From: an uncultured virus (IMG/VR IMGVR_UViG_3300037419_001523) | Taxonomy: Duplodnaviria; Heunggongvirae; Uroviricota; Caudoviricetes | DNA length: 64,000 bases | IMG/VR virus record: IMGVR_UViG_3300037419_001523 | Strand: one strand, 5' to 3' | Part shown: piece after piece, positions 9,702 through 19,986 of the stretch | Layout: each line of letters begins with the position of its first letter | Numbering within the stretch: the first letter of the stretch is position 1 | Made by a program: the position numbers and the translations under genes | Notes under the pieces: generated by a model | The model's database searches: none | Told to the model about the DNA's origin: nothing | What the model saw: the letters and a program-made list of their open reading frames with translations, nothing else

Positions 9702-9836
9702 CTAACTTGCGTTAGCCTTTGAATTTAATACAATTTGATATAACTTAGTTAGTATTGGAGCAATATCCTCTCCATTGTTTTTACTTATGACGTTGATAGT
9801 TACATTGGAATATCTGTTTTTCTTAGTTGTACTCAT
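9702..9836 (-). CDS. 44-aa ORF, candidate recombination directionality factor (SprB position)
   Basis: GAGGTGA RBS; MSTTKKNRYSNVTINVISKN...; lies between RecU and the recombinase as sprB does in circular SPbeta; ends in a terminator hairpin. Confidence 0.5.
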   Translation of the reverse strand: MSTTKKNRYSNVTINVISKNNGEDIAPILTKLYQIVLNSKANAS

Positions 9837-9893
9837 CCTCTCACCTCTAATATGTAAACTGAATATTCATTCTTATGTATGTAAAAAGTTGTC

Positions 9894-10430
9894 CTATGTC
9901 TGATATTTCTCAATTAATTGATCCAAAAGTTTATTTATGTAATATCTATACCGTACAGATTTTTTTACATTCTTAATTTCAATTCCAACCTCTTTACAAA
10001 CATCTAACCCAATACTACTTTTATTTAATTTTGTTTTAAATCTATGTTCAGTAATTTGATTTTGTGATAAGTATTGAATTTCTAAAAAGTCATTTATATG
10101 TACAAAACAAGTAAAATTATCGTATTCCCTAAAGTTGAAGATGAATCCAGCGATTAATCCGTTATGTTGAATTGCTTCTTTCAATGCGTCTACTTGATGT
10201 TTCTTAATAATCTTTTCGTCAAAACTGAATGATTTCTGTGCAGTAGACTTTAACTCTACTGGAAATAGATTAGGATATTTATAGATGAAACTATCAAAAT
10301 CATTCTTAGAAACTCGTGTATTAGGTTTAAGGAACATTGGATTTACGTCTTTTATTCTATAAAAATATACATGTTGTTCTTGTGCTGATTTTTTTAAATC
10401 GGTTTCAAACTCCTTACCTGCATTAGCCAA
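9894..10430 (-). CDS. recU: Holliday junction resolvase, RecU family
   Basis: GKEFE, D-F-D, ELKST nuclease motifs. Confidence 0.8.
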   Translation of the reverse strand: MANAGKEFETDLKKSAQEQHVYFYRIKDVNPMFLKPNTRVSKNDFDSFIYKYPNLFPVELKSTAQKSFSFDEKIIKKHQVDALKEAIQHNGLIAGFIFNFREYDNFTCFVHINDFLEIQYLSQNQITEHRFKTKLNKSSIGLDVCKEVGIEIKNVKKSVRYRYYINKLLDQLIEKYQT

Positions 10431-10730
10431 CGAATCACTCCTTTATCAAATTAATTACTATTTAAACTTTATATTTAATTTTGTTAACATCTTCTCTTAT
10501 TTCTTGTAGTTGTTTTAGAATTGATTCTAACAGAATTAACATCCTAATTTCTGTTTTATCGCTCATAATAACCCTCCTTATTTTCTAATAAAATATAACT
10601 TTTAAATACCTAGTAATAGTACCTACTACTAATTTTCCTCTGATTTATTCTTCCACAATCCAGCAGCAACACCTAATACAATTCCGACCATTACTAAAAT
10701 TTCATATGTATATGTATCCATTCGATTTAC

Positions 10731-10919
10731 CTACTTTGCTTCTACGATCTTGATTTCTTCAACTTCATGTGCAGTACGTATGTAATTATAAATTTCTTCA
10801 GCTATATGTCTTTCATGTTGATTGAACTTATATCCATTCCACTTATTTTGAACATATTCAATTGCACCATTGTATATTATCGGACTAAACGTTAATGGTT
10901 CTCTATTCATTTTTAACAC
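10731..10919 (-). CDS. Hypothetical protein
   Basis: ORF with AAGGAAGTG RBS, co-oriented. Confidence 0.5.
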   Translation of the reverse strand: MLKMNREPLTFSPIIYNGAIEYVQNKWNGYKFNQHERHIAEEIYNYIRTAHEVEEIKIVEAK

Positions 10920-10935
10920 TTCCTTGTGTATTAGT

Positions 10936-11118
10936 TTATTTATTTTTTAACTCCGAAATATGATACGTTGTAACTTCTGAACACTTAGTTTGACTATGTA
11001 TTGGGAACATTAAATCACGTTCTTTGTAATCAAAATATGAATCATCTTCATCATTCCAGTAATCACCAACAGTTCCTAAGATTCTTCCTGCACCATCTCG
11101 AACTAATTGTTGTTTCAC
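10936..11118 (-). CDS. Hypothetical protein
   Basis: GGAGGTG RBS, downstream of a promoter. Confidence 0.55.
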   Translation of the reverse strand: MKQQLVRDGAGRILGTVGDYWNDEDDSYFDYKERDLMFPIHSQTKCSEVTTYHISELKNK

Positions 11119-11170
11119 TTTATCACCTCCATTTCTATTAAAAAAGAGTAGGATTAAATTTCCTACCCCT

Positions 11171-11199
11171 ATAATATCAAATTATTTATCTTTAATCAA
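11171..11199 (-). promoter_or_regulatory. sigA-type promoter with conserved operator-like spacer
   Basis: TTGATT-AAAGATAAATAATTTGA-TATTAT (17-bp spacer). Confidence 0.7.
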
Positions 11200-11222
11200 T
11201 AACTTTATTAATTTATTTTTGT

Positions 11223-11729
11223 TTAATTTCTACGTTCGTATGTAACGAAATGATGTACATAAGGATTGTTTTCATCTGCTTCACATTTTATTCTTTCAGT
11301 TACTTTCCAATCATGGAAATCAAATGGCGGAAAATATGTATCAACTTTACTAAAATGCTTTTCAATGATTGTCATGTATATTCGATCTGCATATGGCAAA
11401 GCTTGACGATATATTTCTGCGCCACCACAAATATAGAGTTCATTTTCATTATTGTTGTATGAAATATATTCATTGATTACATCTAAAAGTGAATTGTAAA
11501 CAAATACTCCATCTGCTATTTTATAATTTGTATTACGAGTTACAATAATATTGTGTCGATTTGGAAGAGGATAACCAATGCTTTCATAAGTTTTTCTACC
11601 AAATACGCAAAATTGACCAGTTGTTTTTTCTTTAAAATATTTAAGATCGTTAGGAAGGTGACAGAGAAGTTGGTTCTTATATCCTAATTCACGATTAACA
11701 CCAATAGCAGCGATAATATTAATACTCAT
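11223..11729 (-). CDS. dfrA: Dihydrofolate reductase
   Basis: LPNDLKYFK, GRKTYESI, PLPNR, GGAEIY, DTYFP motifs. Confidence 0.95.
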   Translation of the reverse strand: MSINIIAAIGVNRELGYKNQLLCHLPNDLKYFKEKTTGQFCVFGRKTYESIGYPLPNRHNIIVTRNTNYKIADGVFVYNSLLDVINEYISYNNNENELYICGGAEIYRQALPYADRIYMTIIEKHFSKVDTYFPPFDFHDWKVTERIKCEADENNPYVHHFVTYERRN

Positions 11730-12595
11730 ATTGCAACCTCCATCGGTAATGCATCACCATGTTTATAATCAATCAGTTTAAAATCATCAATCGTAAAGTC
11801 ATAGAAATTCTTAATATCAGGATTAATCCATAATTCAGGTGCTTTGTATTGTTCACGTTCAATTTGTTGTTGTAAAGGTTCTAGGTGACGTTCATAAGCA
11901 TGAACATTATCAATATTGAAGGTTAACGTTCCTAATTCATATCTTGTAACTTGAGCAATCATGCGTTGTAAAACATAATACTGAAACACATTGAATGGAT
12001 TTCCAAGTCCAATATCATTACTGCGAACTCCAACGGTCAAATGTAATTTATTTTCTAACACTTGCCAATGAGTATTCCACACGCAAGGTTGCAATGCCAT
12101 TTCATCTAAATCATCAATATTCCATAAGGATGTAATATGTCTGCGTGAGGAAGGATTAGTTATCAAACTGTAAAGCAAATAGTCAACTTGATCAGAATAA
12201 ATGTAAGTGTCTTTCCCTTTGAGATCTTCCCCTGCATACAATTCTCTACATTTCTTACCCATCTGATAGCCGTAACTTTTACCGATACTGCCGTCAGCCT
12301 GTTTCCATTCATCCCAAATCTTAACTCCCATTTTATTCAAGTTGTCAACGTTATTATCTTTATGTTGCCAAATCCACAATAACTCCTTAATTGCTGTTTT
12401 CCATGCTACCTTTTTAGTGGTTAGAATCGGAACTTCTGAATTATCTAATTTAATTTGTTTATTTATGATTGACTTAGTGTAAGATGGAGTACCGTCTAGC
12501 CATTTCGTTCTTACTTGTTGGTCTTTATCCCAAATACCTTTGTCAACAATTTCCTTAATGATTCCGTTGTAGATTAAATCGAATTTACTCATCAA
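11726..12595 (-). CDS. thyA: Thymidylate synthase
   Basis: SRRHI, MALQPC, RSNDIGLGNPFN, HAYERH motifs. Confidence 0.96.
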   Translation of the reverse strand: MMSKFDLIYNGIIKEIVDKGIWDKDQQVRTKWLDGTPSYTKSIINKQIKLDNSEVPILTTKKVAWKTAIKELLWIWQHKDNNVDNLNKMGVKIWDEWKQADGSIGKSYGYQMGKKCRELYAGEDLKGKDTYIYSDQVDYLLYSLITNPSSRRHITSLWNIDDLDEMALQPCVWNTHWQVLENKLHLTVGVRSNDIGLGNPFNVFQYYVLQRMIAQVTRYELGTLTFNIDNVHAYERHLEPLQQQIEREQYKAPELWINPDIKNFYDFTIDDFKLIDYKHGDALPMEVAI

Positions 12596-13173
12596 ATTAC
12601 CTCCGAATAACTGGTCAATCTTAGTTTCGCTTTATTCAAATGCTCTCTAGCATTAGCAGCAGTCATATTAAGTGTCCTACTTATATCACCTGAGTTTAAC
12701 CCTTTTGCTTTCAATTCAACGACTCTTCTTTGCTTATCAGTGAGTTTAGATAATATGTAATTTTGTTCAATATCACTTAAAGCATCTATTTCTACATTTA
12801 TATCTGAAGGAATAACGTCATGGTAACTACTAAACTCATTATCTGAGTTTTGATTGAGTTCACCATCCATCGACACTAATCCAAATTTATCAATAGAATT
12901 ATATTTATTTGAATCATATTTGATAAGACTTACTTCCCTTTTCAATTTCATAGCAACAAACCAACGAACATTATTGATCAAGTGTGTTTTGATTTGTGAT
13001 TTATTAGGCACGAAACTCAAACAGCCTTTCCATAAACCTTCTAATGCGTATTGTTGTAAATCGGACATTTCAATTTTGTGTTGTCTGCATATGCCTTTCG
13101 GATCAGGGAACATACGGAGAATGGTTACTTTAGCAAGGTGCTGGTATTCATCAAAAATGTCATATGGACTCAT
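12592..13173 (-). CDS. Sigma-70 family RNA polymerase sigma factor
   Basis: Region 2 DLQQYALEGLWK and C-terminal region 4 HTH (LTDKQRRVVEL...). Confidence 0.8.
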   Translation of the reverse strand: MSPYDIFDEYQHLAKVTILRMFPDPKGICRQHKIEMSDLQQYALEGLWKGCLSFVPNKSQIKTHLINNVRWFVAMKLKREVSLIKYDSNKYNSIDKFGLVSMDGELNQNSDNEFSSYHDVIPSDINVEIDALSDIEQNYILSKLTDKQRRVVELKAKGLNSGDISRTLNMTAANAREHLNKAKLRLTSYSEVI

Positions 13174-13796
13174 ACAGTCACCTCTAAGTCATTTTGAAAT
13201 TTTGCAAACATGCGTTTAAATTTCTGTTGTACGGCTTGACGAGATACCCCTAAAACTTCAGCAATCTCTTGAAAAGTATAATCCATCATTTTCAATTTAA
13301 CCATTTGTTTTTCTTTTTCGTTTAATTTGCTTAGTAATTGGTTGAGTTTCATTGAAGCGAATACTTCTGATTCTAAGTTATCTGTACCGAAATTGTTGAT
13401 ATTATCAGTTGCAATAATTTCATAGTAATCATCAGTCTCTTCTGAATCTTTAAATGGCTTATTGCTAAGTGAAAGAAGGGTGATTTGTTTATTTTCATTC
13501 TTAGTTTTATTGAAATTCCATTTGTAGTGAGAAGTAACCATTCCTTCACGATCCATTCCACGCATGACAAACCATTTAATATTCTGAATGCAATAGTTAC
13601 GGAAAGAGCAACCTTTATTGTCTTGATATGTACGAATTGCATTTAGTAATCCTATACGTCCGTATTGCATTAAGTCGTCTTTTTCTAAATGTTTACTACT
13701 TGCTAATTTCTCATAATTTCCGAGAAATTTTTGTAATGTGATGGGAATTAAATAAGAATATTCTTCGAAAAGTTTTTCTTCTGCATTCATTATCAT
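13170..13796 (-). CDS. Sigma-70 family RNA polymerase sigma factor
   Basis: DDLMQYGRIGLLNAIRTY...SFRNY region 2; YTFQEIAEVLGVSRQAVQQ region 4; start moved to follow the AAGGAG RBS. Confidence 0.88.
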   Translation of the reverse strand: MIMNAEEKLFEEYSYLIPITLQKFLGNYEKLASSKHLEKDDLMQYGRIGLLNAIRTYQDNKGCSFRNYCIQNIKWFVMRGMDREGMVTSHYKWNFNKTKNENKQITLLSLSNKPFKDSEETDDYYEIIATDNINNFGTDNLESEVFASMKLNQLLSKLNEKEKQMVKLKMMDYTFQEIAEVLGVSRQAVQQKFKRMFAKFQNDLEVTV

Positions 13797-13863
13797 TCTC
13801 CTTTTAAAATAGGGAGAGAAATGAATCCCTCCCATTAATGTTATTTCTAATAAAAGTGTTATT

Positions 13864-14382
13864 TTACTTGTTTAATTGACGTTCAATTTCAGCTTTTAAC
13901 TTTGGTTCAGGTGCAAAGTTTTCTTCCCAATGAGGAGGTTTAGCAATCTTACCGTCACCTTCTCTAAAACGTGGTTTGCCATCTTCCCACAATTTACCCA
14001 TATTAGCATCTTGAACGATTTTGAATAAGTTAAATGGTTCTACACCTAGGATAGTAAATGATCCTTGATTGAAATATTCAACGTCAATTAATGCATCTGC
14101 TTGTGAAACAATAATGTTATCAATAGGGTCTTTTTTATCGACAATTTTTACATAAGCAGCATCTAGTCCTTGAATAAAATCACTGAAAAGGTTGCGAAAT
14201 TTTTCTAAGTCACCACCGACTGTAGCATATAAGAATTCAACTAATTCTTCACCTGTCCATACTGCACGATTTAACGCTGTTACTTCATCAATTGGAGTTG
14301 GTTTGTCAGAATATTTATGATTAAATGCTTTATGAAAATCTTTAACCATGTAGTACATTTCGTTTTGTTGTTTGTTAGTCAT
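13864..14382 (-). CDS. MazG-like NTP pyrophosphohydrolase (PRA-PH-like)
   Basis: VKDFHKAF, EELVE, ADALID, ANMGK, DGKIAKP motifs. Confidence 0.8.
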   Translation of the reverse strand: MTNKQQNEMYYMVKDFHKAFNHKYSDKPTPIDEVTALNRAVWTGEELVEFLYATVGGDLEKFRNLFSDFIQGLDAAYVKIVDKKDPIDNIIVSQADALIDVEYFNQGSFTILGVEPFNLFKIVQDANMGKLWEDGKPRFREGDGKIAKPPHWEENFAPEPKLKAEIERQLNK

Positions 14383-14448
14383 TCTTTATCACCTTTTATT
14401 TAATTATTTTTGTTTAAGGGAGATTAAATGAATAACCTCCCATCATAA

Positions 14449-14688
14449 TTACAATTGACTAATTAACTCTTCAAGTTCAGTAGGATTAAAGCCACTTGAA
14501 CGTTTTACTTCTAATCCTAGATCATCTAATAAAATTGTCACTGGTGTTGCCATAATTCCAAATTCAGCAGCAACATCAGGATTATCTGCTACATTGATTG
14601 ATTCATATTCTACACCTTTTTCTTGTAGGAAGTTATCTACAAAAACACATGGTCTGCAATTTGGTTGATAAAGTTTTAATAGTATCAT
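14449..14688 (-). CDS. Thioredoxin/NrdH-like redoxin
   Basis: CRPC active site, 79 aa, next to nrd genes. Confidence 0.88.
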   Translation of the reverse strand: MILLKLYQPNCRPCVFVDNFLQEKGVEYESINVADNPDVAAEFGIMATPVTILLDDLGLEVKRSSGFNPTELEELISQL

Positions 14689-14702
14689 ATTGTTAATCTC
14701 CT

Positions 14703-15491
14703 TTATAATTTATAGTATGAATAAGGTTTCGATGTGTCTATATCAGTGTACGCTTGGTTTTTCATTATCCTGTGTACAGTTGTAGTTGAAGTATTATACA
14801 ATTGAGATATTTCCTTTTTATCGAAACCAGCTTTAAGTAAATGTTTTATCTCATAAATTTCAATCGGAAATAATGTATTTGAACCTTGTCTTCTAAACTT
14901 ATGATTATTTTCTTCCTTAAATTTCAACCAATCTTTTACTTCTTGCAAATAAGACCATCTTTTTCCATTATGTATTGTATTAATGGTTTGTCTACCAACC
15001 CCATACATTTTAGCTAGTTCAGTATCACTTTTCTCCATTTTGTAAAAATATGATACTATCTCAATTACATCTTTTTCAGATAATATATTCATACCATTGG
15101 TTTCACCAGTTGTTCTTGAATATACATTGTTTATAAATCCATTAAGTTTAGTCTGTCTTATTTTCTCAATTTCTTCTTTAGTTTTTTCTCTACCCTGTAC
15201 TCCATCACCTCCTATTGTTTGATTAAATCCGTTTTCCATACTTTCAAATAAATCAATATAAAACATTTCTGCTTTATTTAATGTTTCTTGATCTATTTCT
15301 TTAAACTCAATCAACACACTATAGTTTAATTCATCGTATTTATCAAACGCTCTTTGCAAATGCTTATTAAAATGCTTCTTATTTTTTAGAAGTGATAAAT
15401 GGTGTTTATACCTTTTCTCTTTATCAATATGAGAGTCTTTGCCTATGTAATAAATTCCATTAATTTCTAATTTATATATACCTTGTGTCAC
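14703..15491 (-). CDS. Free-standing GIY-YIG homing endonuclease
   Basis: GIYKL...YYIG, R..HH, E..YI, GFN.T.GG; C-terminal HTH repeats. Confidence 0.88.
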   Translation of the reverse strand: MTQGIYKLEINGIYYIGKDSHIDKEKRYKHHLSLLKNKKHFNKHLQRAFDKYDELNYSVLIEFKEIDQETLNKAEMFYIDLFESMENGFNQTIGGDGVQGREKTKEEIEKIRQTKLNGFINNVYSRTTGETNGMNILSEKDVIEIVSYFYKMEKSDTELAKMYGVGRQTINTIHNGKRWSYLQEVKDWLKFKEENNHKFRRQGSNTLFPIEIYEIKHLLKAGFDKKEISQLYNTSTTTVHRIMKNQAYTDIDTSKPYSYYKL

Positions 15492-16540
15492 AAATCATCA
15501 AATCCGTTATCATCTGATACTTTTGTATATGTTCTTGGTCTGTTTTCAAAGAAATCAGTTTTACCTATGTTTGTATTTTCCTCCATATAAGCACGAATCC
15601 AAGGCATAGGATTATCATCAATGTCGTTATATAAAGGTTTGATCCTCATCATTGACAAACATTTATTAGCACGATATTTTATGTAATCAGCCATTTCAAT
15701 TAAATCAATGTCTTCTTCATCTGATAAAACACTCTTTGACCATTCAATTTCCTTATCAACAATTTCCATAAAGAATTGTTTAGCGAAATTTTCAACATGA
15801 TCAAATAAATGTGGATTTTCTTCAATAATTTGATTTAGAATATCAGTTATTACTTTTGTGTGAACGAGTTCATCTCTGTTTATGTATGAAATCATTGTTG
15901 AAGTTTTTAACATCTTCTGGTTTCTTGCAAGGTTATAAAAGTAAGCAAATGCAGAATAGAAATTAATTCCTTCTAACGTCACTGATGCCACTAATCCTTC
16001 AAGCAAATCCTTTACAGTTGCATATGGTTTTCTAAGATTTTCATATACGTCAGTAATTAATTTATTTCTTTCGTAAACTGTTTTTTCTGTTCTCGCTGTT
16101 TCAAATGCAATGTTTTGATTTTCTAATTTTTCAATTGAGGATAAAATGTATGAATAGGAATGATTATGAACTACTTCTTGTTGCCCCATAACAATTAAAG
16201 CAGCCTGAAATGCTGGATCAGATATGTATTCTAACAATGCTGAGAAGAATCTTGGTTGAACTGAATCAAGAATGGCAACTAAACTGTTTATTTTTCTGAA
16301 TGTGTTTTTATCTTTCTCTGAGAATTGATCGTATTGTTTTACATCATCAGTCATATTAATTTCAAATGGAGTCCAAAAGTTTCCTAATAACTCTTTGTAT
16401 CTACTAAATGATAATGCAATCATTACATCATTCCAGTTTAATATTCCACTTGCTAATCCACCAACAATAGCAGTTGCTCTATTTGGATTTTCTGGTTCTA
16501 GTAATGGAGATTTTTCCAGCACTTGGTTTAACTCTAACAA
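15488..16540 (-). CDS. nrdF: Ribonucleotide reductase beta subunit
   Basis: FWTP, D, EVVH..SY, EGINFY, RDELVH metal/radical ligands, DFFE tail; TTG start after AGGAGG. Confidence 0.93.
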   Translation of the reverse strand: MLELNQVLEKSPLLEPENPNRATAIVGGLASGILNWNDVMIALSFSRYKELLGNFWTPFEINMTDDVKQYDQFSEKDKNTFRKINSLVAILDSVQPRFFSALLEYISDPAFQAALIVMGQQEVVHNHSYSYILSSIEKLENQNIAFETARTEKTVYERNKLITDVYENLRKPYATVKDLLEGLVASVTLEGINFYSAFAYFYNLARNQKMLKTSTMISYINRDELVHTKVITDILNQIIEENPHLFDHVENFAKQFFMEIVDKEIEWSKSVLSDEEDIDLIEMADYIKYRANKCLSMMRIKPLYNDIDDNPMPWIRAYMEENTNIGKTDFFENRPRTYTKVSDDNGFDDL

Positions 16541-16544
16541 TGTA

Positions 16545-17012
16545 TTACCTCCTAATTGACATTTCAACAAACTTGTTTATTTTACTAATTTGATTATCAC
16601 TGATTGGATACTGTTCAATTTTAAGTTTAGTAACCACTTGAGTTTTCTTGGACAAATGATATTCCATTTCATCAACAGCTTTACAGTAATCTGCCCATTG
16701 AGTATCACCAGTTCCGAATACACTAAAAGTCGGTAAATTAAAATTATTATGTTTAATTATATATCTTAGAAATTCAATTACAGGTTCAGGTGTTTCCCCT
16801 CCACCATAAGTTGGTGATCCTAAGAAAATATGATTGTAATTTTCAACATTTATATTTTCATAGTCACTCTTCGATTGAAGAGAAAGTACGTTTAAATACT
16901 TCCCTTCAACCTCCAAATGATTTTTAATTATGTTCACTACTCCTTTAGTATTTCCACTCAGAGAATAGTAAACTATTAAATATTTATTAAGTACATGATT
17001 CACATTCATCAT
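16545..17012 (-). CDS. Flavodoxin (RNR-associated)
   Basis: YYSLSGNT, GSPTYGGG, FGTGD motifs; between RNR subunits. Confidence 0.9.
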   Translation of the reverse strand: MMNVNHVLNKYLIVYYSLSGNTKGVVNIIKNHLEVEGKYLNVLSLQSKSDYENINVENYNHIFLGSPTYGGGETPEPVIEFLRYIIKHNNFNLPTFSVFGTGDTQWADYCKAVDEMEYHLSKKTQVVTKLKIEQYPISDNQISKINKFVEMSIRR

Positions 17013-19278
17013 ACTCCCCTGATGTAGAACGAGTGTAATAAATAGTTTTCAAACGATTTTTCCAAGCTTCCATATGTAGATTTAACAAATCTTTTGCTTT
17101 AATATTGTTTTGCACATACAGATTAAAACTCTGTGATTGGTCAATGTGTTTTTGTCTTGCAGCATTTTGTTTGATACTCCACACTTGATCAAGTCTATAT
17201 GCACTTTCATAAAACCAAACTGTTCTACTGTTTAAATCAGGAGCAGTTACAGGAAGTTTATAGTTCTTCTTTTCTTCGAAAAACAATTGGCTAAAAATAG
17301 GATCAATTGATGCTGAACCATTTGCAATGACACTCGTTGAGCCGTTTGGTGCAACTGCAATCAAATATCCATTTCGCATTCCATACTTCTGAACGTTTTT
17401 CTTTAACTCAAGCCATTGTTCATTAGAAACAAATCTAGTTGTGTCATTTTGATTTCCGTAATCACGCTTATCAAAATACTCACCTGTGTGCCATTCTGAA
17501 CCATCAAATACTGGATACTTACCTTTTTGAATCGCTAGTTCATGTGAAGATTTAATAGTTAGATATGCAATCTTCTCATAAAGTTTATCTGCATATTCAA
17601 CTGCAGCGTTTGATTCCCATTTGATTCCTTTAAGTGCTAACAAATGATGCCAAGAGAATGTTCCCAACCCTACAGCACGATATTTTTTATTTGTAATTTG
17701 TGCTTGAAGTACAGGGATTGTATTCAAATCAATTACATTATCAAGCATTCTAACTTGAATTGGAATTAACTTTTCAAGTACATCATCTCGTACAGCATTG
17801 CCCAAATGAATTGAAGAAAGGTTACATACAACAAAGTCGCCTGCTTGTTTTTCGATAATAATTCTACCGTCTTCAGTAATATATTGTTTAATTACTGTCG
17901 TTGGGCTTTGGTTTTGTTCGATTTCGTGACAAAGGTTTGAAGAATAAATCATGCCAGCGTGTTTATTTGGATTTTTTCTATTTACTTCATCACGGAATTG
18001 CATAAACATTGAACCTGTTTCTAACTGTGCTTTCATGATTGCTTTTTCAATCTCAATAGCAGGAACCTTTTCTTTAGATAATTCATTACATTGAATACAT
18101 TGCTCATATTTATCTCTAAATGAACCAGAACCTTCTTTTTCATCGTAGAAATCTTCAATGCTCCATCCCATTACTGTTTTTACTTCATGAGGGTCAAACA
18201 GATACCAATCTCCACGTTTTTCAACTTGTTCCATAAAGATGTCAGGAATACTTACACTGAGGAACAAATCATGCGTTTTTAAACGTTCGTCACCATTGTT
18301 TAATTTCGCTTCAAGGAATGAAAAGATATCTTTATGCCAAACGTCTTGTGTAGCACAGATACTTCCTTGACGATTTCCTAACTGATCTACACTAACTGCT
18401 GTATTGTTTAATTGTTTCATCCAAGGTAAAACTCCACTGGATACACCTTTAAATCCTTTGATGTCAGAACCTCTAGCACGAATTTTACCTAGATAAACTC
18501 CAATTCCTCCACCATTTTTCGATAGATTGGCAATGTCAGTGTTACTGTCATAAATACCTTGAAGACTGTCTTCTACAGTATCAATGAAACAACTGGACAA
18601 TTGACCGTAACTTTTTCCTGCATTTGCAAGTGTCGGTGTAGCAACTGTCATATATAAATTAGATAATGCCCAATACGCTTCTTTTACTAAACTCATTCTC
18701 TTATCTTTTGGTTCATTGACCATCAGAGTTAAAGCAATAATAATCCATCTTTCTTGAGGTAATTCGAATGTTTTCTTATCATAATCTTTTGCTAGATAAC
18801 GGTCATATAATGTACGTAATCCAATATAGTTGAATAATTTATCTTTATCAGGATCAATGAATGATTTAGCTTCATTAATTTCTTCTTTAGAATATTCTTT
18901 GAGAATTAATTCTGAATAAATCCCTTTTTCCCCTAAATTCTTTAACAACCCAATTAGACTACCATATTTCTCATCTTGGTCATATGAGCGATTGTATGCA
19001 GATTCTTTATATAGTTTATTTAAAAATATTCTTGAAGCAACAAATGTCCATTCTGGTTCTTCTCTTGTGATATTATCCAATGCATTTAAAACTAATTTGT
19101 TTGTAATTTCTGCTGCACGATATTCTTCTTGACTTTGAATAGAACGAATAATTCTTGATTTAAACTTTGTTCCGTCTAATTTCGGGAAATCATTCATCAC
19201 AGTGTCAATGAATTTTTCGAGTCTGGATTGATCAAAAGGTAATTTTCTTCTTCCTTTATCCTTTGTAACTAAGGTCAA
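16987..19278 (-). CDS. nrdE: Ribonucleotide reductase alpha subunit
   Basis: ATPTLANAG, SSCF, SNLCHEI, VCNLSS, APNGSTS, KTIYY, C-terminal CESC. Confidence 0.96.
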   Translation of the reverse strand: MTLVTKDKGRRKLPFDQSRLEKFIDTVMNDFPKLDGTKFKSRIIRSIQSQEEYRAAEITNKLVLNALDNITREEPEWTFVASRIFLNKLYKESAYNRSYDQDEKYGSLIGLLKNLGEKGIYSELILKEYSKEEINEAKSFIDPDKDKLFNYIGLRTLYDRYLAKDYDKKTFELPQERWIIIALTLMVNEPKDKRMSLVKEAYWALSNLYMTVATPTLANAGKSYGQLSSCFIDTVEDSLQGIYDSNTDIANLSKNGGGIGVYLGKIRARGSDIKGFKGVSSGVLPWMKQLNNTAVSVDQLGNRQGSICATQDVWHKDIFSFLEAKLNNGDERLKTHDLFLSVSIPDIFMEQVEKRGDWYLFDPHEVKTVMGWSIEDFYDEKEGSGSFRDKYEQCIQCNELSKEKVPAIEIEKAIMKAQLETGSMFMQFRDEVNRKNPNKHAGMIYSSNLCHEIEQNQSPTTVIKQYITEDGRIIIEKQAGDFVVCNLSSIHLGNAVRDDVLEKLIPIQVRMLDNVIDLNTIPVLQAQITNKKYRAVGLGTFSWHHLLALKGIKWESNAAVEYADKLYEKIAYLTIKSSHELAIQKGKYPVFDGSEWHTGEYFDKRDYGNQNDTTRFVSNEQWLELKKNVQKYGMRNGYLIAVAPNGSTSVIANGSASIDPIFSQLFFEEKKNYKLPVTAPDLNSRTVWFYESAYRLDQVWSIKQNAARQKHIDQSQSFNLYVQNNIKAKDLLNLHMEAWKNRLKTIYYTRSTSGEYDECESCT

Positions 19279-19326
19279 ACTCTACACCTCTTTGCGTTAT
19301 ATTAGTTTAATTATCTTTAATTATTA

Positions 19327-19641
19327 TTAAAATGCTTTCTTTGGATCAAATATGTAATTCTCATCATTTTCATTTGATTGTTTTACAAGTTGCCCCATTT
19401 CTATGTAACCTTTTGCGTAATCCTCAATAGATTTTCTTGGTGTTTTCCCCTTTCGCAGCTTTCTAACTCCTACGAAATTCTCGTAAAAATAATTTTCAGT
19501 CAAAACAGATTGATTACCGTATTCATCAGTTGCAATCATATTCCCTTCAAAGTACGGTTGGGCAGTTTCGCCAAAATCTAAATATCCATCTGTTTCTGCT
19601 CTTTCTACTTGGACAAGGAATTTTTTGTTTGCATAGTACAT
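19327..19641 (-). CDS. Hypothetical protein
   Basis: 104-aa ORF with RBS, co-oriented. Confidence 0.6.
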   Translation of the reverse strand: MYYANKKFLVQVERAETDGYLDFGETAQPYFEGNMIATDEYGNQSVLTENYFYENFVGVRKLRKGKTPRKSIEDYAKGYIEMGQLVKQSNENDENYIFDPKKAF

Positions 19642-19668
19642 TCACATTCCCCTTTATTAAATTATTTT

Positions 19669-19902
19669 TTACTTGAAAACATGAACACCAGAAACTAATT
19701 TACCAGAATTAAGCCTAGCTTCCTCTTGGAAGTTAATTAATGCTTCTTGACGAGATTTACCAACATAATCAAATACATATTCTTTTCCATCAATTTGAAT
19801 GAAAGCATAATATTTCTTATTCGGATTAAATGGTGCATCGTTCGTCATTGATTTCCAAATGATCTGCGTTTCCTGTTGTGGTTTTTTAAATGTTTTTCTC
19901 AT
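19669..19902 (-). CDS. Hypothetical protein
   Basis: 77-aa ORF with GGGAG RBS. Confidence 0.6.
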   Translation of the reverse strand: MRKTFKKPQQETQIIWKSMTNDAPFNPNKKYYAFIQIDGKEYVFDYVGKSRQEALINFQEEARLNSGKLVSGVHVFK

Positions 19903-19986
19903 CTATGATTCTCCCTTTTGTCTATTATTATATTGGTTTATAAAACTAGTAACTGCTAGAAGATAATCACCACCTTTATAAATTTA

